From IMG/VR virus record IMGVR_UViG_3300033149_003715, positions 64,001 through 128,000 of that record: 64,000 bases of DNA; one strand, given 5' to 3'. Source of the stretch: a virus. The position numbers and the translations under genes were made by a program. Of the stretch, positions 47,915 through 57,303 are shown piece by piece. The notes beneath the pieces are model-generated. The model saw only the letters and a list, made by a program, of their open reading frames with translations. It made no database searches and was not told where the DNA came from. Within the stretch, counting starts at the first letter, position 1, and every line of letters begins with the position of its first letter.

Positions 47915-48313
47915 TTAGCAGTTCAAGTATACTCGTTTTAATAGTTTAACTGCGGATACAAACACTGTTCCTTTTGGTACAGCCTTTTTTTCAAAGAACT
48001 TTTTATGTTGTTTTTGTTTTTTTCTTATCAAGTTCCATTTTCTTAAAAATACTGATGCTGAATGTATACTACCAATATAAGGTACAAACACACTTGAACA
48101 AGAAGGATTCTCTATCATACAATTATAAACATGTGATCCAAAATAACAAAATTTACGTGCATCTTTTAAATTATTAAAGACCATTAATTTTGTACCCTCA
48201 ACCTTAGGATATACCCACTCTCCAATCTCGTATTTAACTACAAATTCTTTCGGCAAATGTTTATAAAGATACGATTTTAGATCAAATGAAACAACTTTAT
48301 AATAGGTTTTCAT
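47915..48313 (-). CDS. paralog family A protein
   Basis: YYKVV, W.YPK, KLMVF, NP, PKGTVF..AVKL; close to 49331..49750. Confidence 0.75.
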   Translation of the reverse strand: MKTYYKVVSFDLKSYLYKHLPKEFVVKYEIGEWVYPKVEGTKLMVFNNLKDARKFCYFGSHVYNCMIENPSCSSVFVPYIGSIHSASVFLRKWNLIRKKQKQHKKFFEKKAVPKGTVFVSAVKLLKRVYLNC

Positions 48314-48315
48314 AG

Positions 48316-48657
48316 TTATTCACCTAAAATTTGGGGGGAATTTTGAAGACCGTGAGAACGATCTAACTGTCCAAGTACGTTAGCAGTAGCAGTTACAATA
48401 CCATTTCCAAATTGTTGGTTGTACGCATTTTTAATATCTTCATTAGGTTCTAATTGAAATAAGATATGATTTTTGGATATTACGACTTTTTTTTCGTTGG
48501 AGAATGGCATCCACGGTCTCATTGCTATACCTATTTTACCAGTTGCATCTTGACCAACAGACATAGCTACCGGATTTATTAAACATACTTGATCTTTACA
48601 TGATTCGATTTGTGCTATAATTTCTTCACCATAAATTAATTTAATGTATTTAACCAT
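48316..48657 (-). CDS. conserved phage protein (possible Sm-like beta-barrel)
   Basis: KL..GEEIIA...L.NP...PW.PFS...EP...Y...FG.GIV. Confidence 0.6.
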   Translation of the reverse strand: MVKYIKLIYGEEIIAQIESCKDQVCLINPVAMSVGQDATGKIGIAMRPWMPFSNEKKVVISKNHILFQLEPNEDIKNAYNQQFGNGIVTATANVLGQLDRSHGLQNSPQILGE

Positions 48658-48668
48658 AGTTCAACTCC

Positions 48669-49064
48669 TTAACTACTTTGTAACAACCATTTTTTAAATG
48701 GTTCATAGGGGTTTTTGGTACTATACCATAACTGTGTACAATTAAAATCTAGTAACAATTTTTGGCAACATTTACATGGTTTAGACATGCCCAACATACC
48801 ATTGGCCATGATCCTAATGTTAACAAATGTAAATTTAGGTAACAATGAGACAGGATATGGAAAATTTTGAATAGCTTTTAATTCAGAATGAATGTTATTA
48901 AATCTATAACCATATCGACCTGCCAGCGGATGTGTCTTAAAAGATAAATTATACCCTACGGAAATCACTCTTTTCTTAAGCAAAATAAAAGTAAAATGTT
49001 TTTGACGTGCATCGGGCAAATCTATCATTTTATAGGATAGTTTGATCAGTTTGTCAAATTTCAT
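48669..49064 (-). CDS. zinc-dependent cytidine-deaminase-fold protein
   Basis: H, S.G.N..KTHP, IHSE, SKPC..C, YST. Confidence 0.78.
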   Translation of the reverse strand: MKFDKLIKLSYKMIDLPDARQKHFTFILLKKRVISVGYNLSFKTHPLAGRYGYRFNNIHSELKAIQNFPYPVSLLPKFTFVNIRIMANGMLGMSKPCKCCQKLLLDFNCTQLWYSTKNPYEPFKKWLLQSS

Positions 49065-49081
49065 AACACTAAGTTTTATGA

Positions 49082-49330
49082 TTATGAAGGATTAAGATCG
49101 TAATATGGACAGTTTCGATTATTTGCCAACAAGTGTTTACGAAAATCTTGTGTAATTTGATGTTCCCATATATTTTTAAAACTGCTTACATCAAAAATAT
49201 TAATGCCAAATTTCCATTCCTTTATTCCTTCACAAAAAGAACATGCGTAACAATTTCCTAAACAGTTAATATACATTGAAAACAATGTAGATTCACATGG
49301 TTCACATAATTGTTGTTTTTGTATAAAATC
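49082..49330 (-). pseudogene. C-terminal (SPASM-like) remnant of a radical SAM gene
   Basis: EPCESTLFSMYIN..G..Y.CSF.E...W...FR..L...R.CP.Y with no CxxxCxxC or N-terminus. Confidence 0.55.
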
Positions 49331-49750
49331 TTAATTGTTCAATTCTGTTAATTGTAGTGATTTGTCTACTGGTTCTAGTAATTTAATTCCGTCCACAAAT
49401 ACTGTTCCTTTTGGTACAGCTTTTCTTTTAAAGAACTTTTTATGCTGTTTTTGTTTTTTTTGTAAGGAAAACCACTTCTCCAAAAACTGTGATGGAAAAT
49501 GTAGATTACCAACATGAGGCACAAATACACCTGAATAAGAAGGATTCTTGACTAAACAAGTATAAATATAGTTAATATCAAAACAGAAGTTATATGCATT
49601 TCTAAGACTATTAAAAACCATTAGCTTCGTACCTTTAATTTTAGGGTATACCCATTTTCCAACTTTGTATTGTACAACAAACTCTTTCGGTAAAAGATAA
49701 TAGATTCGTGATTTTAATCTATATGAAACAACTTTGTAATAAATTTTCAT
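49331..49750 (-). CDS. paralog family A protein
   Basis: YYKVV, WVYPK, KLMVF, NP, PKGTVF. Confidence 0.75.
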   Translation of the reverse strand: MKIYYKVVSYRLKSRIYYLLPKEFVVQYKVGKWVYPKIKGTKLMVFNSLRNAYNFCFDINYIYTCLVKNPSYSGVFVPHVGNLHFPSQFLEKWFSLQKKQKQHKKFFKRKAVPKGTVFVDGIKLLEPVDKSLQLTELNN

Positions 49751-49835
49751 TCTCAAAATTTCCCAAGCGGAATGTTTACTATTAACATATCATTTAAAAA
49801 TACCTTGATACATTACCATTGAAATAAAACAATTA

Positions 49836-50051
49836 TTAAGTAGGGCTCGAATTTGCTTTAATTGTTTCTAAATGATATGTATTATCTTCTGTCCAAATAC
49901 TAACAGACATACCCCAAAGTTTTGATAGGAGTGATGCATACTGTACAGCTTCGTGATAACAAGAAAACTTCCTATTTTCGTCAAACATAGGCATACTTTT
50001 ATCACGATACTTTTTATAGTTTTTTCCGTAAAAATTGTATACTTCGGCCAC
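49836..50051 (-). CDS. hypothetical protein
   Basis: GTG start with AAGGAG RBS. Confidence 0.5.
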   Translation of the reverse strand: MAEVYNFYGKNYKKYRDKSMPMFDENRKFSCYHEAVQYASLLSKLWGMSVSIWTEDNTYHLETIKANSSPT

Positions 50052-50077
50052 GATAATCTCCTTTATATCACTTATAT

Positions 50078-50263
50078 TTAATTAAGTGTACGCGAGATTT
50101 CTTTTAGTAGTTGTTCTGACCTATCAATTTTTCCATTCGCTTGGTTGATTTTAATAGCTTGACCCTGTTTAACAGCTTGCTTTCTGGTTGGAAAACATTT
50201 ACCAGATTGACCGAATTTCCATCCTAATTTTCCATTAGGAAGTTTGCATCGCATAATAGGCAT
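50078..50263 (-). CDS. small conserved phage protein
   Basis: MP...C....G.KFG.SGKC......A..QG.AI. Confidence 0.6.
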   Translation of the reverse strand: MPIMRCKLPNGKLGWKFGQSGKCFPTRKQAVKQGQAIKINQANGKIDRSEQLLKEISRTLN

Positions 50264-50467
50264 TTCTCATTCATTTTACAAAATTCGTAGAAATTGAATC
50301 TTGAAGGTAGCCTTTCATCTACCTAAAAATAAATACATTACTATGTTAATTAACTTATAATACACCCTTTAAGATTTTCACGAAGCTTTCAAGGCTTACC
50401 TTATAAGTTTGTCGTCACTAAACTATCCTGTTTACCCACTACTACCTTGGTTCTGATTGGCACCAAA

Positions 50468-50613
50468 ATAGCTCCCAGAATCTTACCATCAATATTCTAT
50501 ACAGCAAAAATGAATAACTTAAGACTAATAGGTATCAAACTACCAATAGAAGCAATGGGCCAAAAACTATCTTTTTTACGTAAGTCTAAAACTGACAAGG
50601 ACTTATATTTTTA
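50468..50613. repeat. dispersed intergenic repeat R1, copy 2
   Basis: gapless match to 9867..10012. Confidence 0.8.
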
Positions 50614-50752
50614 TCAGCTATTATTATGTAAAACTTTGTAAAAAATTCAAAAAAATCCCAGAATTATTGGCCATATTTCTGAGTTCAGCTATATAATAAA
50701 ATAGATACTATTTGTGAAGAATTGAGTTAATTATTTAAAGGCCGTATATTAC

Positions 50753-50944
50753 GAAGGGCCAGTAAGTAAAAATACTAAATTTTGGATGTCTTAAGTATAC
50801 CTTTTTCTATTGGTTAGTCTAACTTAAGTTTTTTAGTTTTCCCCGAAAAGTTCGTAAAGGGAAGAAAGTTTAATGACTAAAAAAGATCTCACAATAACCA
50901 ATAACCTTTAGTAGTTTTACGTGTTTGGTTGTACCTCAGTAAAG
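50753..50944. repeat. dispersed intergenic repeat R2, copy 2
   Basis: similar to 42808..43002. Confidence 0.75.
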
Positions 50945-51043
50945 TACGGAACCCCAGAAATAAAGATTCAAGAATTGTTATTAATAGTTAAATAGGTTTC
51001 TATATGATTCTATTGTTACTATAGATTCTAATTGTATAATACA

Positions 51044-51397
51044 TTAATTAGACACAATAACAATTAAATTATTTTCTTCTGGATAAATACAACATTTTTT
51101 ATTCAGTGTGATTTTATTTAAAATTTTACATGTACGTGTAAGATTGTTATATGGCTTAGTTGGTAATTTAAGAAATGGAACCTCTATAAGGTTTTTTATG
51201 TACTGTTTACTAAATCTGCGATAACAAGATATTTCAAAATTCCATCCTTCTATATAATTTGCTGTTGTATTGGTAATATATATTAATCTATGGGTACCTG
51301 GTTTTGATCCAGAATAATACTCAAAGCTAACAACATTACCTTTAAATAGAATCATAGTAGATAATATAGTATCAAGATTGGATTGTTTTTGATTCAT
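51044..51397 (-). CDS. WYL-like domain protein
   Basis: VSFEY.....R.I......YIEGW......RRF....I..L. Confidence 0.5.
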   Translation of the reverse strand: MNQKQSNLDTILSTMILFKGNVVSFEYYSGSKPGTHRLIYITNTTANYIEGWNFEISCYRRFSKQYIKNLIEVPFLKLPTKPYNNLTRTCKILNKITLNKKCCIYPEENNLIVIVSN

Positions 51398-51420
51398 TGT
51401 TATGATTTGTTAGAGTAAAC

Positions 51421-51462
51421 TCCAACCCCGAGTGGAATAATTAATATAAACTCGGGGCTGGA
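51421..51462 (-). terminator. GC-rich hairpin / probable terminator
   Basis: 13-bp stem TCCAGCCCCGAGT/ACTCGGGGTTGGA with one G-U pair on minus strand, 16-nt AT loop. Confidence 0.55.
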
Positions 51463-51476
51463 TATGAATTTTTTAT

Positions 51477-51803
51477 TTATTTAGTATTACTGTTTATATC
51501 AATACCATACTTTTTACTTAATTCTTCCAAATTACACGAATCTGGAAGATCTAATGATTCTGCTAATTCTTTTAGGTTTAAAGTAATTTCTTTTGACTTC
51601 TTACGTCTTGGAAGTTTTTTGAGTTCTATTCCTTTCTTTCTGTATGACTTGATTTTTTGTTGTAATGAAGACGGTTTGATTTTTAACAATTCTGCTGCAT
51701 CTTCAACAGTTTCTGATGTTTGTACAGCAAAAATAAATTTAACTAAATCTTGTGGTACTCCATTGTCTAATGCTTGTTTAATCGCGTTTTGTACTTCTGA
51801 CAT
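51477..51803 (-). CDS. HTH-like DNA-binding protein
   Basis: VEDAAELL.IK..S.......YRKKGI.LK; GGAGG RBS. Confidence 0.6.
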   Translation of the reverse strand: MSEVQNAIKQALDNGVPQDLVKFIFAVQTSETVEDAAELLKIKPSSLQQKIKSYRKKGIELKKLPRRKKSKEITLNLKELAESLDLPDSCNLEELSKKYGIDINSNTK

Positions 51804-51867
51804 AATTCCTCCAATTTCATATTAATTCTTATGATAACCCTACACTAATTAATATTTTACCTCCTTT

Positions 51868-52020
51868 CTAATTGTAAAATTCTTTTAAAAATCGTGTTTG
51901 ATCTTGACGTGTTTTTTGCCTTCTAGGTTTACGTGGTGATTTTGGTATTTTATTTTCTATATTTTTTTTGTTACGTTTGTTGCGGTATTTTTGTTTGTTT
52001 TCGTACTTATTTAAACGCAT
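51868..52020 (-). CDS. small basic protein (not in ORF track)
   Basis: MRLNKYENKQKYRNKRNKK... K/R-rich ORF filling a gap. Confidence 0.4.
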   Translation of the reverse strand: MRLNKYENKQKYRNKRNKKNIENKIPKSPRKPRRQKTRQDQTRFLKEFYN

Positions 52021-52035
52021 TACTATATTTATCTA

Positions 52036-52416
52036 TTAAAATTTAGATGGTGGTAAGACCATTATCTTATCTGTGATAATACAACAGTACATTTTACCAT
52101 CAATGTCTTCTATACCTTCTGCAATAATCTTTGTGAAAAGTACCTGACATATGATTTCATCAGATTCTTTGTATCTTTGTGCTGCTTTTTTGCTTGTCCA
52201 TACGTGAAACCCACATTCATATAATTTATTATCTTCTGCTCGGATTTTATTATAACCTGATTGATTTTTTAGCCATTTCAGAAATGGTTTATTGTCATTA
52301 TACAATGTCGAGAAAGTTTTATCTGTTTTACTTAATTCGACAACTTTATATCCTGTATAATATGTTCCATCTTTTTTGATTTTTGTTTTAGTAGATGTAA
52401 CTTTCGAGAGACACAT
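52036..52416 (-). CDS. paralog family B (MCL...GYKV...GFH) protein
   Basis: true start MCLSKV with AAGGAG RBS; six homologs in window. Confidence 0.75.
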   Translation of the reverse strand: MCLSKVTSTKTKIKKDGTYYTGYKVVELSKTDKTFSTLYNDNKPFLKWLKNQSGYNKIRAEDNKLYECGFHVWTSKKAAQRYKESDEIICQVLFTKIIAEGIEDIDGKMYCCIITDKIMVLPPSKF

Positions 52417-52420
52417 TTTT

Positions 52421-52834
52421 TTACTCCTTTTTAAGTACTTTATAGTTTGGAGGTAAAACAAAGATTTTGTCGGTAACAACGCAACGATAATTATAATCAA
52501 TTTCATGTTTATTAAGATTATAGATGTCTTCTATACCTTCCGCAATAATTTTTGTGAAGAGTACATAACATATTATTTCTCCATCTTGTTTGTATTTTTG
52601 TGCTGCTTTTTTGCTTGTCCATACGTGAAATCCATTTTTGTATAATTTGTTATCTTTTGCTTCGATTTCATTATTTGATCGACTCTTTAGCCATTTTAAG
52701 AATGATCTATTAACATTGTATAATGATGAAAAAGTTTTACCTGTTTTGCTTAAAACAACTACTTTGTATCCTATATAACAGGATCCATCTTTTTTAGTTT
52801 TTGTTTTAGTAGATGTAACTCTTGTAAGACACAT
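52421..52834 (-). CDS. paralog family B protein
   Basis: MCLT, GYKVV, FLKW, GFH.W, IC.V, IIAEG. Confidence 0.75.
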   Translation of the reverse strand: MCLTRVTSTKTKTKKDGSCYIGYKVVVLSKTGKTFSSLYNVNRSFLKWLKSRSNNEIEAKDNKLYKNGFHVWTSKKAAQKYKQDGEIICYVLFTKIIAEGIEDIYNLNKHEIDYNYRCVVTDKIFVLPPNYKVLKKE

Positions 52835-52865
52835 TTTTTACTCCTTTTTAAGTACTTTATAGTAA

Positions 52866-53252
52866 TTAGTATCCAATTGGTGGCAAAACATACATCTGAT
52901 CGGTAACAACGCAACGATATTCTTTATTACCAATATTTTCTATACCTTCCGCAATAATTTTTGTGAAGAGTACTTGGCATATTACCTCATCAGGATGATC
53001 TTTCCATTCTTCTGCTGCTTTTTTGTTTGTCCATATATGAAATCCAAGTTTATACAATTTACTATCATCTGCTATTATATAACCTGTTGCTTTTTTTGCT
53101 CTATTTAACCATTTCAAGAATGGTCTGTTTTTATTGTAAAATGTCGAAAAAGTTTTACCTGTTTCACTTAATTCTACTACTTTGTATCCTATATAGTACA
53201 ATCCATCTTTTTTTATTTTTTCTTTAGCTGATATAACCTTTGTAAGACACAT
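52866..53252 (-). CDS. paralog family B protein
   Basis: same motifs. Confidence 0.75.
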   Translation of the reverse strand: MCLTKVISAKEKIKKDGLYYIGYKVVELSETGKTFSTFYNKNRPFLKWLNRAKKATGYIIADDSKLYKLGFHIWTNKKAAEEWKDHPDEVICQVLFTKIIAEGIENIGNKEYRCVVTDQMYVLPPIGY

Positions 53253-53263
53253 TTTTATTTCTC

Positions 53264-54238
53264 CTAATTAGCCATTTCTAGTGCAATTGTTAATGCTTTG
53301 CGATTAATTTGAGCATTTTGCCCAAACCATAAACTATTTAAACGACGATCCTGATTTTTTCCAAAATTATAATTTAAATATTCGTTTACTGCGTTATATG
53401 CACCCCAATATGTACCTTTGACATGTGGAATATTAATACCTATACCTGTTTCCATTTTTTGTGTGATTGCATCAATTTTGTTACTTAGTCTTGTAGAAAG
53501 TTTATATTCTGGCTGTTCTGGATCAATACCTAAGACAACTTTAACATATTTTCTTAGATCGCGTTGGTTAATTGACTTGTTTGCCAAATATTTATATTGT
53601 TCTATGGTTGATTCAAAAGTAGCATTGAACGTATTAATAGTTTGTCTTACTTGTTCCAAATTGTATGTAAGTTGTGATGTATGACGAATCCTGATAGATT
53701 CACCGTGTTTTAGTGCCAACGACAAAGTATTCCAGCAAACAGTTCTAATAGGTGTAAGTGTAACCCGAACTGACATTGTGCCGTCGTGTGAATTTGAAAG
53801 CATTAAGTATTTTGCTATATCATCTCCTTTTACTACTTCAGAATTTATACCTTTAAGTTTAGCCATTACCCATACTTTAGTTCCACCACATAATGAACCT
53901 GCTGTTTCTAGTTCGCATGATCCTGAATCCAAAAACGGTTGAAACCATTCAAACGCTTCTATGTTTTGTAGTGGTGTGTATTGTGGGCCGACTATACCCA
54001 ATACATTATCTTTGTCTGTACGTACAACAGCTTTATGCTTGATTTCAGTAACTTGTTGTTGTAGGTAATGGTCAATTTTATCCGCTATAACCAAAGGTTT
54101 TAGTGCAACTGACCAATCCAAGCCGGCTGCAATTATACCACGTTTAACGTCAATTCTTTCATTTTGCGGGATAATATTACCTTGTCTGTGCCAAGGAACT
54201 AACCCGCGAGACATCATTGTTTCAACAAAACTAGACAT
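53264..54238 (-). CDS. DUF932/DUF945 (TIGR03299-like) protein
   Basis: VETM....PWH..G, AGLDW.V, Y.PLQN.EAF, ETAGSL, NSHDG, R.VC.NTL, GT.WGAYNAV.EY. Confidence 0.88.
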   Translation of the reverse strand: MSSFVETMMSRGLVPWHRQGNIIPQNERIDVKRGIIAAGLDWSVALKPLVIADKIDHYLQQQVTEIKHKAVVRTDKDNVLGIVGPQYTPLQNIEAFEWFQPFLDSGSCELETAGSLCGGTKVWVMAKLKGINSEVVKGDDIAKYLMLSNSHDGTMSVRVTLTPIRTVCWNTLSLALKHGESIRIRHTSQLTYNLEQVRQTINTFNATFESTIEQYKYLANKSINQRDLRKYVKVVLGIDPEQPEYKLSTRLSNKIDAITQKMETGIGINIPHVKGTYWGAYNAVNEYLNYNFGKNQDRRLNSLWFGQNAQINRKALTIALEMAN

Positions 54239-54629
54239 TGCTTTCTCCTTGATTTTCGTTGTGAACTACGTACATTTTTTTGGCAACTACGCATCCTTTG
54301 TCTTCTTGGTATCCTTCTGCTACCACTCTACGGTAATATACTTTTACAACAATATCGTTATCAATATAAGGTTCTAAGTATCTTATTGCATCTTTTTTTT
54401 CTTTAAAAATATGAAATCCTGCTGGATATTGTTTACCATCGTCTGCTGTGATTTTGGTGGTTGGTCTTTTGTAGCACACAATCCATTTGTTAAATGGTTT
54501 TTCTTTTCTAAACCATAAAAACTGAAACTTTTTATAATTACTTGATATAACAACAACTTTATATCCAACACCATATTTTTTTGGAGGAAAGTTTTTCTTT
54601 TCAAGAGATGTAATTTTTGTAAGACACAT
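54231..54629 (-). CDS. paralog family B protein (subtype 2)
   Basis: MCLT, GYKVV, FNKW, YPAGFHIF. Confidence 0.72.
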   Translation of the reverse strand: MCLTKITSLEKKNFPPKKYGVGYKVVVISSNYKKFQFLWFRKEKPFNKWIVCYKRPTTKITADDGKQYPAGFHIFKEKKDAIRYLEPYIDNDIVVKVYYRRVVAEGYQEDKGCVVAKKMYVVHNENQGESNV

Positions 54630-54659
54630 AATAGTTTTTCTGTTTTCTGTTCTCTGGAT

Positions 54660-55100
54660 TTATACGTATAAGAATGGTTTATTAAGATTGATGATTGTTG
54701 TTTTGCGTAATTCTACCCCTTTATTATTTTTATCGTAAACTACGTATATTTTTTTAGCGATTACGCATTTAGCTCCATCTTGAAATCCTCGTGCTACTAT
54801 TCTGCGATATCGCACTTGTACAACAATTTCGTCGAAATGAGGTGTTTTATATTGTTCTGCATCCGATCTTTTTTCAAAAATATGAAATCCGGCTGGATAA
54901 TTCCAACCATTTAATGCCATAATTTTTGTATTCGGTCTTTTATAACATATAATCCACTTATTAAACGGTCTTTCTCCCTCAAACCATAAAAATTGAAATT
55001 TTCCCTTTTTAGTTGATAAGCGAATTACCTTATACCCGATACCATACTGCTTTCGCGGAAAATTTTCTTTTCTGACTAATGTAACTTTTGTAAGACACAC
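54660..55100 (-). CDS. paralog family B protein (subtype 2)
   Basis: close to 54231..54629. Confidence 0.72.
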   Translation of the reverse strand: MCLTKVTLVRKENFPRKQYGIGYKVIRLSTKKGKFQFLWFEGERPFNKWIICYKRPNTKIMALNGWNYPAGFHIFEKRSDAEQYKTPHFDEIVVQVRYRRIVARGFQDGAKCVIAKKIYVVYDKNNKGVELRKTTIINLNKPFLYV

Positions 55101-55115
55101 TTTTGTTTTTCCTAT

Positions 55116-55613
55116 TTATTTACTTTTAGATGGAGGTAAAACAAAAATTTTATCGGTAACAACGCAACGATAACCATGTTCAATTTCATGTTTATTAAGA
55201 TTATAGATGTCTTCTACACCCTCTGCAATAATTTTTGTGAAGAGTACTTGACATATTATTTCTCCATATCGTTTGTATCTTTGTGCTGCTTTTTTACTTG
55301 TCCATATGTGAAATCCATTTTTGTATAATTTGCCATCTTTTGCTTTAATTTCATCAACAGTTATATCCATATGTAGTCGATTTAATCCACTCTTTAGCCA
55401 TTTTAAGAATGGTTTATTAAGATTATATAATGATGAAAAAAAAGGTTTATCTGTTTTTATCCTATTTAACCATTTCAAGAATGGTCTGTGTTTGTTAAAA
55501 AATGTCGAAAAAGTTTTACCTGTTTTACTTAATTTTACTACTTTGTATCCTGTATAGTACAATCCGTCTTTTTTAGTTTTTGTTTTAGTAGATGTAACTC
55601 TTGTAAGATTCAT
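55116..55613 (-). CDS. paralog family B protein with internal duplication
   Basis: two successive FS..xN..PFLKWL segments. Confidence 0.72.
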   Translation of the reverse strand: MNLTRVTSTKTKTKKDGLYYTGYKVVKLSKTGKTFSTFFNKHRPFLKWLNRIKTDKPFFSSLYNLNKPFLKWLKSGLNRLHMDITVDEIKAKDGKLYKNGFHIWTSKKAAQRYKRYGEIICQVLFTKIIAEGVEDIYNLNKHEIEHGYRCVVTDKIFVLPPSKSK

Positions 55614-55623
55614 AATGGTTTCC

Positions 55624-56340
55624 TTATTTTTTTGGTTGAGTACCGTGTTTCAATAAAGCAAAATCCCCCATTTCCGGAGAATAAATTGCATGACAATCAT
55701 TATAATCTACAGGAAGCTTTAATTTATGTGCTTCTATAACATTGTTGACAATTTTAACAGATGAAAAATACCTGTAATGGATATCGTTTTGTAATAACCA
55801 TATTAAATGATCATGTGTACCTCCGTATGATAATACCAGTCTAAGATTATTTGGTAATTTGCCTTGTTTATTGATGTAGTTGACTATGTATGGAAATGCT
55901 TTTGTATATCCGTAAAAAATGACATTCTTATGGTTTTTCACAAAGGAAACGAAACCATTAAAGTATGTTTGACTAAAGAAATCGCCGCTTACATGCATAC
56001 GACATATACCACAATCAGAAGGAAAAGAAGACTCGAAAAGAGTTGTGATTTGTTTTGCTGATTTGCATTGTCGTAATTTTTTATAGTTTTGATGTCGTTG
56101 TTTCCTTACGTTTTGGTACATCAGTTCCTGTTGTGTTGCATAACACCTTATTTTAGTGTAACGACCATCTTTAATTTTTACACAATTGTCATTTGTTGTT
56201 ACAACGCATGAACGACATATTTTAGCAAACCTACATGAATAACCAGCCGGCAAAGATAACGAGTAAATTTTCTTTTGTTGTAGTTTTTCGGTTTTTACTA
56301 ATTTTTTATTATTAATACCTTGGCCAAATTTCAACATCAT
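55624..56340 (-). CDS. GP88-like phage protein
   Basis: N.KL, SLPAG.SC..A..C, CYA, R.H.SGDF, YTK, P.NL...LS. Confidence 0.7.
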   Translation of the reverse strand: MMLKFGQGINNKKLVKTEKLQQKKIYSLSLPAGYSCRFAKICRSCVVTTNDNCVKIKDGRYTKIRCYATQQELMYQNVRKQRHQNYKKLRQCKSAKQITTLFESSFPSDCGICRMHVSGDFFSQTYFNGFVSFVKNHKNVIFYGYTKAFPYIVNYINKQGKLPNNLRLVLSYGGTHDHLIWLLQNDIHYRYFSSVKIVNNVIEAHKLKLPVDYNDCHAIYSPEMGDFALLKHGTQPKK

Positions 56341-56365
56341 ATCATTACTTGTATGTTTCTTGTAA

Positions 56366-56797
56366 TTACTTTAAATTTTTCAATAATTGTGACGCCGAAC
56401 ATAATTTTTCGATTAATTTTACTTTTTTGACAGCAATAGTACCAGCAGGGATTAACGTACCACGCAAACTCCTTCTTTTTTGTTTCTTTAATTTTATATT
56501 ATATTGAAGTGTTGATAAACTTCCAAATAATGGAATTACTTTCATGTAGCCTTTCATGTACGCTATATATACATCCATAAACTGTAAATATTTATTATTC
56601 TTATAATTCTCATAATAAGTTCGAAGAAATTCACATGTATTTCGTAAATTATCAAAAACAAACAACGCTGAATGTTTAAGTTTTGGTTCAATCCATTTTC
56701 CAATTTTGTATTGTATGCCGATGTCAGTAAAATCATTATTGAATATGGTAGAAAGTGATTTCAAATCTTTCGTAACAATTTTGTAACATATTTCCAT
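56366..56797 (-). CDS. paralog family A protein
   Basis: YKIV..DLKS, Y.IGKW..PK, LFVF, PAGT....VKL. Confidence 0.72.
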   Translation of the reverse strand: MEICYKIVTKDLKSLSTIFNNDFTDIGIQYKIGKWIEPKLKHSALFVFDNLRNTCEFLRTYYENYKNNKYLQFMDVYIAYMKGYMKVIPLFGSLSTLQYNIKLKKQKRRSLRGTLIPAGTIAVKKVKLIEKLCSASQLLKNLK

Positions 56798-56811
56798 TTT
56801 TATCTTTCCTG

Positions 56812-57291
56812 TTAGAATGGCCTAAAACACCATAAAGCACAACTATATACACAACAATTTTTTACTTCTTTTTTAACATACCCCGAACAATCTAAGCATT
56901 TTAATTCAACAGCAGATTTTAAACTGCCTTTTTTGACTTTGTTGACCCTATTGTGCAGATTTTGTGGTGTGACTTCTTTTAATTTTTTAAGAGATTCTAA
57001 ATACTCAGAACTTTGAAATTTCTGCGTTTTAGACATTCTTTTTTGAGAATATGATGTAACTTTACGTGCTGGTTGTGTTTTTGTTTGAATATTCCACTCT
57101 CTCATTCTCAAATAAACAATAGATGGTGTAATTTCTGGTAGGTTTTGTAATGTTCTATCTGTACTACAGTTATAAATCTCACTCACTTTTGTACATAAAT
57201 TTCTCAATGTTGAAAATATTTCTTTTTGTTCGGCTTGTTCAACGGCCGTATTTAATGCTTTTTGACTAACCTTTATTTTAGTTTTTGCCAT
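56812..57291 (-). CDS. hypothetical protein with C-terminal Cys domain
   Basis: A...KCLDCSG....EV..C....C.LW.FRP. Confidence 0.6.
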   Translation of the reverse strand: MAKTKIKVSQKALNTAVEQAEQKEIFSTLRNLCTKVSEIYNCSTDRTLQNLPEITPSIVYLRMREWNIQTKTQPARKVTSYSQKRMSKTQKFQSSEYLESLKKLKEVTPQNLHNRVNKVKKGSLKSAVELKCLDCSGYVKKEVKNCCVYSCALWCFRPF

Positions 57292-57303
57292 TAAAATAAT
57301 CCT

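Noticed and set aside
50447-50641. Plus-strand 64-aa ORF over repeat R1
   Set aside because: The other R1 copy has a TAG at 9864..9866 in the same frame and there is no clear RBS; kept only as an alternative explanation of R1.
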